A DNA stretch of 64,000 nucleotides from Octopus bimaculoides (taxonomy: Eukaryota): positions 128,695,573 to 128,759,572 of the forward strand of contig NC_068981.1 of assembly GCF_001194135.2 (NCBI RefSeq), in the 5' to 3' direction. A program made the position numbers and the translations under genes. Shown here in pieces: positions 41,315-53,680 of this stretch; the first letter of the stretch is position 1; every line of letters starts with the position of its first letter. The notes beneath the pieces were generated by a model, which worked only from the letters and a program-made list of their open reading frames with translations, made no database searches and was not told where the DNA came from.

Positions 41315-41320
41315 AATAAA
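41315..41320 (+). terminator. Candidate polyadenylation signal for DLD
   Basis: AATAAA about 320 nt after the stop codon; the true cleavage site is unverified. Confidence 0.4.
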
Positions 41321-41505
41321 TGAATGAGTTATACATTAAATTAAATATGTATATATGTGTGGGAATGTGCATTAATTTATTATTTCTTATGCCTAAAGAT
41401 TTTGTATTGTATGCCTATAAATTTGAGATATTTGTATAGTTGATATTAAGGTTCTCTCATTTTGAATCTATTTGTCTACTCAGTTGCCTGACTAAAGTAA
41501 GTCAT

Positions 41506-41509
41506 AACT

Positions 41510-41546
<37 letters not shown>
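41506..41546. repeat. (TA)n microsatellite; many similar (TA)n, (TG)n and (CAT)n tracts occur across the window
   Basis: Direct reading; others at about 15665-15735, 22513-22538, 25308-25343 and 63237-63274. Confidence 0.95.
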
Positions 41547-41548
<2 letters not shown>

Positions 41549-44500
41549 AGTAGATATAAATTTTTTTTTCAAATAAAAAAGTATTGCATTTCCAAAATCA
41601 TCTAACCTACTTAGTCAAGAGAAAACTATGTATACTACAAATTTTCTTTCTCCCTTCCACCAAAAACATTTCCTAAGGATTATAAGTAATATTCAATTAT
41701 CAAATGAATTGATTCAGCACATAGAAGCTAAATGTTAGTGTACTGAATGAAAGGAAGGATATAATTTATTCGTTTATTTATTTCTCATATGTTTACACCT
41801 TATTGTAATATTTATCAACAGGAATAATAATAAAAAAAAAAAATTCTTTCAGTTGGTATCAAAGAAAAGAAAATTTTTCAGGAATTCAGAGTTAAATATT
41901 TTAAGAAAATCAATCGATGAAAATATTCTGATCAAATTTAAATATTTTTCTGACAAGTTCTCATCTGAGAAACTAGATATTCATGCATTTTTTAAGTATT
42001 TTAAGTAAACGTCTTCTTGAATAGTTTTTAAAAAAAAGGTCTAAAAGAAGCAAAATTTTTCAATCAAACCAGTGAAGTCAGGGCAATAAGAGGTAGCAGT
42101 GTATTTGTGATTAAGGTCCTAGACTACAGACACCAATGTGAAATTCAATCCTACAGCTATTGGGATTAATATTCAATACTAAGTTTGTTTCAGTTAAAAA
42201 AAAACTGTCTCTTTGCGTCTGACAAAGCTATGAAAACTATTCCAATAATTATTGTGCTAATAGCCAATCCCTTACTATATCCTCCTGAAGTAAACCAAAA
42301 TAGGATTTTCTGGAGTAGTCAACTGTTTAAATTTTTTTGAGCTATGCACATGCATAAGACAAATCTGTGAAAAGTCTGAAACAATTATCTAAAAATAAAA
42401 AAATATTCTATATTGTATCAAACATCATTTTAAAATACAAATATTACTATATTCGTCAAGTTAGGTCACATGCCTAGTGATAGTCTTCTGATTATGTATG
42501 AGTAGCCTTCATGTAGATAAGAAGGGAGATAATTTTGTAAACTTTTATAACATTAAAAGCAGCTAGGAAAATATAGCACTCATGTTGGCACAATGACAGA
42601 AATTTGTTGGGATGGGGTATAATCAATTGAATCAATCTTGTTTCATGATAACTTTTTATTGGCCTTGCAATGTTGAAAGGTGAAACGTACCTTCACCTAA
42701 TTTGAATTTGGTGGGGAGGGGGCTAATTACTATAAAGTATTTACTCTGCCCTTTCTGTTACTTCACTAACCTTCAGCTGTGAATCAATGGAGCAGGTGAC
42801 TATTTAAATAGTTCTTGTCAGTTTTAAGTCATAGTTTTGTCAGAACTGTCACAATTTTAAATGGTAAAACCTTTTCTGTAATCTAAACTGACTACTGAAA
42901 ACTTCCTATGTAATGCTTGACACTTATTTAGATTAAATAACAAATTCTTTGTATTTTTTTCATGGTTTGTCTTCATAAGAAAGAACTTCACAATTTGCTG
43001 AATAGATTTCAGTCTTAAATATTGAATGAAAAACATTTTTGAAAAAACCTTTTCTAATTTGATGTTCCTCACAAATGTTTTTTCACCTACCAAAAACATT
43101 TATATACTGACTAGTGTATAAGGAGTAAGACTGTAGCTTTTTAACAGTTGTCAGTTTAATTTCAATCACTTGGTTTCCATGATGGTATGAGGCCCTATTA
43201 ACATTATGACCTTATACCATTATTGGATATTTAAGGCAACAAACTACTCATCATTTTTTAAAATGCATGCTGAGAAAAAGTTAATCTACTTATCCCTTTA
43301 CTATATGAGGTACCCCCAGTAGAGACATTGCATAGAAGTTGTTATAATCAACTAATGTTTACTGTCTTTATGACAATACAACATCTGGTATAGTTAAGAA
43401 CCTAAAATTAGTCAGGTTGAATCTGTATTCACTCATACTTCGAACTTACTTGTAACAATTACATATCTCAAACAAATGAAACCATTCTCTATCCAGGACA
43501 TTCAATAAATCATGAAGAATCCAACATTTCCACCTAAAGTCTGGAGCAATAAAAATTTGATCATTTGTTTAAATAGGTAACTTGTCTCTTTGTTTCTTTT
43601 TTTTTTTCCATTACAGAAATTCTTATATAACAAAATTTCAGTGTTTTAATATACAAAATTTGTTAAAAAGTCACATAACTTCTAAATGTGAAACAAAAAC
43701 AGCTGTGGAATAGTAAAACATCAAAATTGGACAGAAATATTTATGAAAATTTAAGTGATTAAACATTGCTTTTTATTTCATTACATACTTTTTATGAATT
43801 ACATCAATTGATGCTCAAAATATGTGCTTGGTCTAAATACAATTGTTCGTTAAGCATAGATCAATGAAAGGAACTGTTATAATTTTGTTCTTTGGAAATT
43901 AGAGTTTCTTTTGATATATCCAATGACAGCCTTTCTATTTAATTACATTTGGATATTTTCTCAGATTGGTCTATCTTTAGTTTGCAATTTTATAGTTTAT
44001 TCATTGCCCATCACATCTGGTATAAAATTGATATATCAATTGACTAATTTTCTTGGACATCTTTTATTCAGAAATTTATTGTTATAGACTATGAATTTAA
44101 TTCCCTTCCCCACCAGTTCATAAACTCATGCGTACATGTTGATTTGTAATTCCTCTGTTAAAATATTAATGGTTCTATTTGGCAACCTTAGATTTAGAAC
44201 TGTTTTGCATTATACTTTTATCTAAAATTAACTTCTATATCTTGCAAGCCTGAAAGATCATCATATAAGATGATTCTTTTACTGATTTGTAATTGGAATT
44301 AAGCTTTGCTGGAGCACCACCTTTTAAAGCTTTAGTTGAGCATATCAACACTCTGCCCCTACCGTCCTTATTTCAGTCTGCTACTTTATTGATGTACCAG
44401 CATGGAAAAGGGAATGTTAAATGATGATGTTTATCAAACTGCTAAGTTACAACACTGGTTTTAAGCTGTGCAAACATAAACACATCATCATCATCATTTA

Positions 44501-46407
44501 ATGGCTGTGATGATGATGACATATCTAAGTGTATGTTTGCACTGCTTAAAACCAGTGTTGTAACTTATCAGTTTGATAAACATCATCATCATTTCAGCAT
44601 GTATATATAGATATATATATGACAGGCTTCCATCAACCAAATTGGATTCACAAGATGTTACATAGTGGGGGGGTCAAACATGGAATCACATGGTTGCCAA
44701 ATAAATTTATCTACACAGCCACAATGGTCATATCTCTAAAGTTAATATTTTGATTTATGAAACCTGAACTTTTGAGAGACTAAAATAGTGTTATTACACG
44801 TTTGCCCTTCCCAGAGATATTAACAATATAAATTAGGTTAAATGATATCAACCAAACATCATGGGCTCAGCTCATCAAGAGCTTTATCTCTAATCTGTGT
44901 TATTTATATATTACAGATAATTACAATTAAATGCTTTCCCAGTGAATCACATATTTTATCTTATAAGTAGTCTATATTTTCAGAATACTAAACTTTTTAT
45001 CAAAATGGCTATGTTACAAATTTAGGTAAATTTACATTACAAATTACTAAAGGTTTTTTTTTTTTTTTTCTCACTTTCTCTGTAAGAACCAACTTTCTAC
45101 AATTTGATCTAACCACCCAAGTTCAAGTTTACTTTTTTCTACTTTTGGCTTCGATAAAATCTTAGTACATATTTCTTCCCACACTATTCTTATTACATAT
45201 CCATGATGTTTCTAATTTCCTATAACTTTCTCAGAACGTACCTCTATTTTCAAACTTATATCACGTATCAAATATAAAGCCTCATAATCTCTAATGATTT
45301 GCTATGGTAACCATACATCTATAATATTGCCAAACCTACTCCCAAAGAGCTATATCCACTTTTAGGACCAGAAAATACTTAAGTGCTGATCAGTTGCTAA
45401 TCCTTTACAAAGCTCAAATGTAACTCATACGAGAATACTTCTCACAAATATCAAATGGTATTGCTGCTATATTACACAAACATTGTAGATCACACAAAAA
45501 CACTTTTTGGTTTATTGGCATAGACTGATAGCCAACTAATACAATGCTACCTCTATCTTGTTTCTTCTGCCACCATTCCTTTGAGCTAGCAAGATGCATA
45601 TTACCACCACCCAAGCTCACTTAAGTCACCTGCCTCTCCCCCTCTCATCTTTTTGTCCAGAACTTTTCACTAAATGCTTTGCTCCAGAATCTTTCTCTTA
45701 GAACTGTGTCCTATTGTACCTGTCTTCATGTCTGTTTTTTCCTTCAGTTATTAACTGATAGAATTTCACACAGAATATTAACCACACCAATTGCATCAGT
45801 CATTGAGGACGTACAAAAAACATCAATGTCTGCCTTTCTTCAGCAAATGAATTACAGTTGTTTAGCCTCAGAAGCCCCAAATAGATATAACTGAAAGCAT
45901 TTCAGCTGTGATGCACTTTTTTTTCTCTGCCATACAGTGTGTTGCCAGCACTTGGTATTCTGAGTTCAAGTGATAGACTTACTCCATTGCCTGGTTTATC
46001 ATTGTCACCTCACCTTGAGTGCATCATCAGAATCCACTCTGTTGCAAGCATTTGGGCCAGGGCTCCAGTTTCAGGATTCCTTTCTCCTTCCACACCAACT
46101 GTCTCAGTGGTCCTGTAAAGAGTCGTAACCACAGCCTTCCCTCCTGACTAAATTTTTTTTTTTAAATTAATATATATTTTGTAAACCAGTAAGATATGAC
46201 ATGAGGGAGATTTAGCTGCTATATATAGCAAGCTAGGCAATCACATAGAGGTTATTTTGTTGGCTCATGTATATATATATAGTGTAAACAGACTTGCAAC
46301 ACTAGTTTTTTCTCTAAATTATATACATATTTTATATTGGGAAATTTGATTTAGTATTGCTAAATTGAATTTTTCCCTGTAAGTTTTGGAATTTATTCCC
46401 TATTATT

Positions 46408-46800
46408 CATCATCATCATCATCGTTTAACGTCCGCTTTCCATGGGTTGGACGATTTGACTGAGGACTGGTGAAACCAGATGGCTACACCAGGCTCCAAT
46501 CTGATTTGGCAGAGTTTCTACAGCTGGATGCTCTTCCTAATACCAACCACTCAGAGAGTGTAGTGGGTGCTTTTACGTGTCACCCGCACGAAGGCCAGTC
46601 AGGCGGTACTGGCAACGGCCATGCTCAAAATGGTGTATTTTACGTGCCACCCGCACAAGAGTCAGTCCAGGGGCACTGGCAACGATCTCGCTAGAAAGTC
46701 CTTACACATGCCACGGACACAAGTGCCAGAAAGGAACGCTGGGCACAAGTGCCATCACGATTTCGCTTTCGCTTGCTCCAACATGTCTTCGCAAGCAGAG
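46408..46800 (+). mobile_element. SINE family C
   Basis: (CAT)n-CGTTTAACGTCCGCTTTCCATG...CAGCTGGATG...GGCACTGGCAACGATCTCGC; explains the ORFs at 46470-46882. Confidence 0.85.
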
Positions 46801-47551
46801 TTTTGTGTCCAATGAAGGAGGTGTGCTTACACTGAAAATCTTTTGTTCTAGAAATTTAAATATAAAGGGAACTCCTAGCTAAGTGCGTACATTGCTTGGT
46901 TTCAATCTCCAGCTGTTAGTATTCATTTCTCCATTATTAATACTTTTCCTTAAAGCATGAATGTCACAACTCTTATTTCTTATGTTTTAGTTTACATGCC
47001 TACTTAGAGAAAGCAATAGGACCCCATTTTAGTGTAATAATCCTAAGACACTATGATAGTCAAAGAGAACTAGATCTTTAAACACACATAGGAAAAGTAT
47101 CATTATACATATTTTCTTTCTATAAATATCTTTCTATTGTCGTTTCTTTTAACTGCTATTCATTTGTTCCCACCCTAGTTACATCAATATGGAATTTTTT
47201 GGATGATTTGTTTTCCTAAACAACTAATAATATCTCTGTTATTTTATGTTCATTTTATTAGAAAGGAAAAAGTATCAAATTGTAGTCTAAGATATAATTA
47301 CTCACCTCTGATAGATAATTTTCCTGTCTTTTTCAACCATCAGCAATTAACATTGATTTATTTCCAATACAAAAGAAACCCTATAAATTGACTGATGAAC
47401 AAGTGTTCATTATCAATGTCTGGATAATAAATCAAATCGATAATATTAAGAACAGAGTGAACTGGAATCTCTGAAAAGGAATCTATTTTGGACAGTACAC
47501 CCTCAGACTGTTGATTTATTCAGATTGTCAAAGCAACCTCTCTTTTTCAGT

Positions 47552-47698
47552 TTATTTGCGGGAGGTGGTAATTTTAGATAGTACGGCAGACAATGCAGTA
47601 TCCAAAACAACTTGCTGTGAGATGAATTCTTGGGTTGTTGCTGTAGGAGAATTTTCAATCCATGCCAGTTTTTCTTTGCAAGAATTTATAATAAGGTT
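47552..47698 (-). CDS. ANKRD45: ANKRD45-like exon 4 (NLIINSCKEKLAWIENSPTATTQEFISQQVVLDTALSAVLSKITTSRK*)
   Basis: ttatcaccag|AAC ... TAA; 147 nt; resembles human NTILSACRAKNEWLETHTEASINELFEQRQQLE. Total CDS is 693 nt = 230 aa. Confidence 0.8.
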   Translation of the reverse strand, partial: NLIINSCKEKLAWIENSPTATTQEFISQQVVLDTALSAVLSKITTSRK

Positions 47699-48831
47699 CT
47701 GGTGATAAGAGAGAAACAGGACTTATTTCAGCCATAAAAATTGGTTAAACAATTTTACAGATTAATTCCTATACCGTCACTTAATGAGCAAGGTAATTTC
47801 CATATTACCGCCTAATTTTTAGGTTAATTTCTCTATATTCCTCTAATCACGAGGCCAATTTCCATGTTATTCTACATTGCTACTAACATATATCTTCTAT
47901 ACAAGTCATACATAATGCACCATTTATATACTATTGTTTCATGAAGTCAAAAATCATTTTAGATCCAACTTTCTATTCATACTCAGTTTTAGAACCTATC
48001 TGTTTTAAGTATACAGATTAATTTCAAGTTTAAAATTTATGCTTAGTATCAAATATAGAGATAAAACTTTACACAATACTGGTAAGTTTAGGTGATTAAA
48101 ATATAAGAAATAATATCAAACAAATAAAACTTGAAAACAAACCAAATGTTCTTCATTCAATAATACCTCAGCATAGGAGGTGACACTGTATAGTTATATC
48201 AATCTTTACTTTCAATAAAATTAAGGTATTCAGTTCACTGATAATGAATATAAAAGATTAAGTCTAACAAAATTTAAACTAAGAACCATGAGACTGCATA
48301 AACAAAGAGGCTGTAGAGTTTCCTTATTCAAGGAGTCAACAATTGGTAAATTAAACTGGAATCATTAAAAATTCTATCACTGAGGATTTCTTTGAACTTA
48401 GGTTTTACAATCTTGCTTGGTTTTTTTAATTTATTTTGCAGAAAATATGTTGATATGGCTGTAATAATTTAGACCAAAACTAACTTATTGCCATTCTAAG
48501 TGAATAACTATGGGTAAGAATCACTGAAATTTATTGTGCATATATATATATATATACATTATATTAATATTTCACTTAGGCATAGCGAGACTAATAACCT
48601 GGTGTAGAACTCAATATACATATGGTCCAGAACACAATGTTAGATGAGTATAGAGTGGTAATAGGAAAAAATGATGATGCTGGAAGAAAACAAAGGTTAT
48701 GTAATGAACTTGGCTAGCTTACAGCTGTTTCTGTTATATGATGTAGTGGACTGTTAGTTGAGTCCCTGGGTAACATCCTATACTACATTATTTACATTTG
48801 ACAGATATTTGTCCTCATCTTGTTTGTTGTA

Positions 48832-48876
48832 AACACAGCATTTCGGCTCATATACCTCCAGCCTTCATCAAGTGTC
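48832..48876 (-). ncRNA. Degenerate minimal type I hammerhead ribozyme
   Basis: Minus strand GACAC-TTGATGA-A-GGCTG(loop)GAGCC-GAAAT-GC-T-GTGTT; intact GAAA, C3 mutated. Confidence 0.65.
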
Positions 48877-50193
48877 TTGGGGAAATTTTGAACCTGGGTT
48901 CTCATTCCCTAGGTATTATCGATGTTATTATTATTATTATTCAGATCACTGCTTGGAATCAAACTCGGAATCTTGGGGTTAGTAGCCTACGCTCTTAACC
49001 ACTACGCCATATACCCATGGGCAATTATGGAGTGAATTTTAGGGCTTATAAATCTAATATTTTCCTATCCTTCCTTAATACCGGTTCCCATATGCTACTC
49101 ATATCTGCACTCAGTCTGCTTAGGAGGTTGTTGTGTCCTAGCATATGTGCTGCTTCTTTTAGTTTTCATATTTTCCAGTGTTGTTCTCTGTCTATTATTT
49201 TAACTTCATCCCATGGGGGAGGTGGTCTCCATTTTGCCATACCTGATCACCTGGCTTGAATATAATGACACCAGTGGATTCATATAAAGCTAGAAGAGTA
49301 GCAGAAAGGGCAGGACATGCCCTCGTCTGTGAGAGGATCCATTACAACCATTGGAAAACACATCAACTAAATAACGAAATCAAAGAGAGGTTATCTTCAT
49401 TACTTAGGAAAATAACCAGAGATGATGATAGAAAGAGAATCCAACAAGATCTAGAAAAGTCGTACATGAAAGAATTTGAAATGGTGAAGACACGCCAGAT
49501 TAAGAAGTTTATGAAACTCAAAGGTCAGAGAATGAAGACTGAAGTCCATCACCCACCTGTGAAAGCAGTAATTAATGTAAGTAGCCGACATCTAGAAAGC
49601 TCTGAAGAAGCTGTACTAAACAAAGGTCTCAACTTTACGACAACCATCAAGCACATTCCATACTTGGACATAATAGCCCCTATTGAAGAGATAGCAGTAA
49701 AGATACCAAAAGCTCAGGGAGATGAACTAAGGTGGAAAGTGAGACAGGTACTGGAAAAAGCGAAACTTCCCAAACCAAATATCACTAAGGAAGAAAAGTT
49801 CGCTATCAAAAGACTACAGAGTGACAATTCCATCATAATATTTCCGGCAGACAAGGGAAATGCTACAGTGGTGAAGAATAAGGCTGACTTCTCGGAAAAA
49901 TTGGCAAGTCTTATGAACCTGGGTTTTCATTCCTAAGTTGTTGTTTTTTTCGATGTTGTTATTATTATTATTATTCAGATCACTGCCTGGAATCAAACTC
50001 GGAATCTTGCGAATCTTAGCCCAGGCTCTTAACCACTATACCCACGGGCATATGGCATAGTGGTTAAAAGCACGGGCTTCTAACCCTAAGATTCCAAGTT
50101 CGATTCTAGGCAGTGACCTGAATAATAATAATAATAACAACATCGGGGAAAAAAAACCTTAGCAATGAGAACCCAGGTTCAAAATTTCCCCAA

Positions 50194-50239
50194 GACACCC
50201 GATGAAGGCTGGAGGGTATATCAGCCAAAACGTTGTGTT
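50194..50239 (+). ncRNA. Degenerate minimal type I hammerhead ribozyme
   Basis: GACAC-CCGATGA-A-GGCTG(loop)CAGCC-AAAAC-GT-T-GTGTT; two core substitutions relative to CTGATGA/GAAA. Confidence 0.7.
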
Positions 50240-50588
50240 AACAACAAACAAAATGAAGACAAATAGCCGTCAAATGTAAATAATGTAAAGAATATAAGCA
50301 GCGATTGTGATACCCACCACAAAGAAATGATCACGCTCAGTAACAATCTATTAAGCAACAACTACCCCCATAACATACTATCAACACCAATTATGAAGAA
50401 AAGAGAGGATGAAACCAATAAACTATCTGCAGTCTGTCTACCCTATGTGAAAGGCCTCTCCGAAAAGATACAAAAGATATGCGGCCCATATGACATCAGG
50501 ACAGTATTCAAGAGTAATACAAGCACTTCCAGGCAGTGACCTGAATAATAACAACAACAACAACACCCCAGGTTCGAAATTTCCCCAA

Positions 50589-50634
50589 GACGCCTGATGA
50601 AGGCTGGAGGGTATATCAGCCAAAATGTTGTGTT
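50589..50634 (+). ncRNA. Degenerate minimal type I hammerhead ribozyme
   Basis: GACGC-CTGATGA-A-GGCTG(loop)CAGCC-AAAAT-GT-T-GTGTT; intact CTGATGA, G12 mutated to A. Confidence 0.7.
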
Positions 50635-50761
50635 AACAACAAACAATGTCTGTCAAATGTAAATAATGCAAATAATATACATAATTCCTCATCTCTTAGA
50701 TATAGAACTGTATCATTCAAACCTAATCTAAGGATATTTAAATATTTTGCTTCTGTCTCAC

Positions 50762-50847
50762 CTTTTCTTCCCTAGAGGGTTTTTTCTCTGGTTCAATAAG
50801 TACATCTTGTATAGCTTTAATTCTGGCCAAAAGACTTTCTTTGGCAA
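50762..50847 (-). CDS. ANKRD45: ANKRD45-like exon 3 (AKESLLARIKAIQDVLIEPEKKPSREEK)
   Basis: tttttag| ... AAG|gtgag; 86 nt, phase 1 to 0, which fits the flanking exons; absent from the ORF track. Confidence 0.85.
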
Positions 50848-51744
50848 CTAAAAATAAGAACATTAAATTACAATTACTTATTTTCAACAGTGAACTATAC
50901 TTACTTTACAAATCAGCAAACCTACTTCAGAAACAAAACTCACACAAACATAAATCCTATTTAATTAAAGATCCACACAGCAGTGATATGATTAAAATAA
51001 AGCTGTGCACATTTATATTAAACATGTTCATGTACACTCAAAAGTGGAAAAACTTTTGCTCTGTTGACTGACTTAGAAGAGAAAATTTCCACATAAATAA
51101 TATGTGTAAAAACATACCAAGCTGAGCTTTGGATGAAATAACATGTGTTTTTGCATTGTTAGACTTCATTAGCTGCAGACACAGAATCTGTCATTCATAG
51201 CCCACTAAAAACTGCCATTCTTATGTGTAAACAGTAAATAATAAATTTGCTTAAGTGTGCAAAGCTTTGTCAAGCAGTGAGAGTGCTTTCAATTAATTAA
51301 TGCTCTCTAGACATTTTCAAACCAAGATGAATACAAATAGCAATTTTACCATTTTTATCCTATCAAATTAGGTATGGAGTACATTCACAACTACAATGGC
51401 CTTCAATTCCTTTGAATGAGGGCATAGAAAAATGTTATTAAGTCAGAACAGTGTATTGTCCCAATAATCGCCAGGTTTTGTTATGATGGCAACAATGATG
51501 GTCAAATATTTTGTTCCTTTTCTATAGCATGGTTTGAAGAAGATCTGTCCATTATAACTAGCAACTAAAGCAACCAAACAGAGGCTTCCATCTTGTTGTT
51601 TAGCCCCAGGTTAATCCTGTGTAGGCAGACTTATGATCAAATGCATTCCAGCAATAACTACCTTATGTTTGTCCAGTCCACTCCATATTACATTATCCAA
51701 TGTGCATTTGTTTTCTAAAATAGGGTGTGATTTGAGAAGGCATG

Positions 51745-51965
51745 TGACCTATTGTTTCAGGGTGTTGCACACACAATCACAAAGTGTGGGGTTTTGGTTC
51801 CCAAATTTGGTGGTGCACTGTGTTCTTGAGTAAAACATTTCATTTCCTATCACTCCAGTTCACTCAGCTGTAAATGAGTAACCCTATGATGGACTGGTAT
51901 CCTATTCATAGGAAATGTTGTGATCTTGGTCACTTATGCACCATGGAAACTGGGTACAGCCAGAC
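51745..51965 (+). mobile_element. Old SINE with a V/Meta-SINE-like central domain
   Basis: GTGTTCTTGAGTAAAACA...CTCCAGTTCACTCAGCTG...CCTATGATGGACTGGTATCC; related head at about 9500-9650 (-). Superfamily assignment is from memory. Confidence 0.5.
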
Positions 51966-52871
51966 GGGTCCTAGAATTTGGTACATGATTTAAGAAAGAT
52001 CTGTTTACTATTTCTAAAAGAGGCTAAGTGACTGTGTAGAGGCTCCCTCATTGGCCTGAAAGTCACCCTTATTGTCACATTAAGTCAAGTATAGGTAATG
52101 AGTATTAATATGTCATGTAGTTATAAGGCAGTGAGCTGGCAGAGCAGCTACCACATGAGGCAAAATGCTTAGCAGCATTTCATCTGTCTTTACATTCTGA
52201 GTTCAAATTCTGCCAAGATCAACTTTGCCTTTCATCCTTTCAAGATCAATAAAATAAGTATCAATCAATCACTGGGGTAGATATAATCAGCTTACCTCCT
52301 CCCCCAAATTTTTGGTCTTATGTCAAAATTTGAAACCAATATGCCATGTAATTGTTTAATAGTTAAATAGGAAAGCAAGCGTTAGCTGCACCATCTTAAC
52401 TCAGTAATCGTTTTAACAGTTCTGATATCTTTTATAAGAAAAAAGGAAAATTAAAACTATTATATGCTTAATATCAATATCATCATATCGTCTTATAACA
52501 ATTTATGTTAGCATCTGAAATTATACAGAACTATAAAATCCCTGTACGAATGAAAAGTTAACAACAATGAAAAAATTATTACAGCTAGCTTCATTAGAAT
52601 TAGTATCGCACTCTCTCTCTCTCTTTCTCTCTTCCACTTTCTCTTCCCCTCTCTCATATATTTATTCACTCTCTTTACCTTACATACTATTATAAGAGTA
52701 CACTTGTACATATATACTCAGACATGCACATATAAACATACATACATGTACATATGCATGCATAGATAAACATAAAAGAAACACACTTTTAAACATTCAT
52801 TCTAAAGTTCTAAAAGAAGCCCCTATATTAAAACCCACAGAATTTATATGAAAAACAACGGGATTTCTTAC

Positions 52872-53039
52872 AAGCCCAGTCAATGAAGTCAATGCATTCA
52901 ACTTTTCCATAACGTTGGGCTATATCCTTTGGGCTTTCATTACGGATATTATTTATTGTAAGATCAGCACCATACTCTGTCAGGATTTTGAGAACAGCAA
53001 CTTGACCCCAGGCAGATGCATAATGAGCAGGAGTGTACC
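52872..53039 (-). CDS. ANKRD45: ANKRD45-like exon 2 (GYTPAHYASAWGQVAVLKIL...ECIDFIDWA)
   Basis: tttttag| ... T|gtaag; 168 nt; resembles human ANKRD45 GYTLLHCAAAWGRLETL...ECVEFLDWA (recalled). Confidence 0.9.
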
Positions 53040-53604
53040 CTAAAAATAGAAACAAAGTGTGAAAGATAAATATTTATTTATCCTTTGCTCTTGTACATAA
53101 GCAGAGTCAAGCATTTGACTATTCAAAATCATATCTATGTATTAATGGTTGATCAGTCCTTCATTAGTTTATTGAACTTTAAATAGCTCCAAACAGCAAC
53201 TGCAGAACACAATAATTACTTACAATACAACTACACTTTTTAACAAGTTTTAATTAAGTGTTTGTGTGCTGGAGCATCTACAGAATACTTTAGTGGGTAT
53301 TTAGAAATGCCTTCATTGCACAGTTAAGAGTAGTAGGAACTGGAGGCTAATGTAGATTATACAGTCAAAACAACATACTTGCAATGTCAGACTGACCTAA
53401 AAATGACCTAGTGGATAGAATGCAAAGGTTATTGACCGATTAAGCTAAACTACCCACTACAAATTCCTCTGCAAATTTAAGATGTATAGAAATCTCACTT
53501 TATGAGACGCTCTCATATGTTAAATTCAAATTACGACAAACATATGAGAGCATCTCATAAAGCGAGATTTCTATACATCTTAAATTTGCAGAGGAATTTG
53601 TAGT

Positions 53605-53680
53605 GGGTAGTTTAGCTTAATCGGTCAAAGCATCGTGATGTGTAATCACGGGGATGTGAGTTCGAGTCCACAGCTAGCCA
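53605..53680 (+). pseudogene. tRNA-like cloverleaf (TGT at the anticodon position), SINE head or tRNA pseudogene
   Basis: Acceptor GGGTAGT/GCTAGCC(A), D stem GCTT/AAGC, anticodon stem CGTGA/TCACG with loop TGTGTAA, T arm GTGAG-TTCGAGT-CCAC. Non-canonical G33 and a 1-nt T-stem deletion argue against a functional tRNA. Confidence 0.65.

Larger units (their letters stand above)
48786..50690. mobile_element. Rearranged Penelope-like element with inverted pseudo-LTRs, in ANKRD45 intron 3
   Basis: Minus strand about 49250-49022: GIY-YIG C-terminus (WDEVKIIDREQHWKI*KLKEAAH), followed by the 3' repeat. Plus strand 49256-49910: N-terminal ORF with PADKGNATVV. Plus strand 50327-50525: LPYVKGLSEKI...IRTVFKS. 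Four partial repeat copies. Confidence 0.9.

Noticed and set aside
46470-46882. Overlapping ORFs similar to those at 55606-56182 and 32-214
   Set aside because: Chance frames of the same SINE family, not paralogous genes.
53605-53680. Functional tRNA-Thr(TGT) gene
   Set aside because: G at position 33, a T-stem deletion, an acceptor mismatch and embedding in a repeat-like unit; kept only as tRNA-like.
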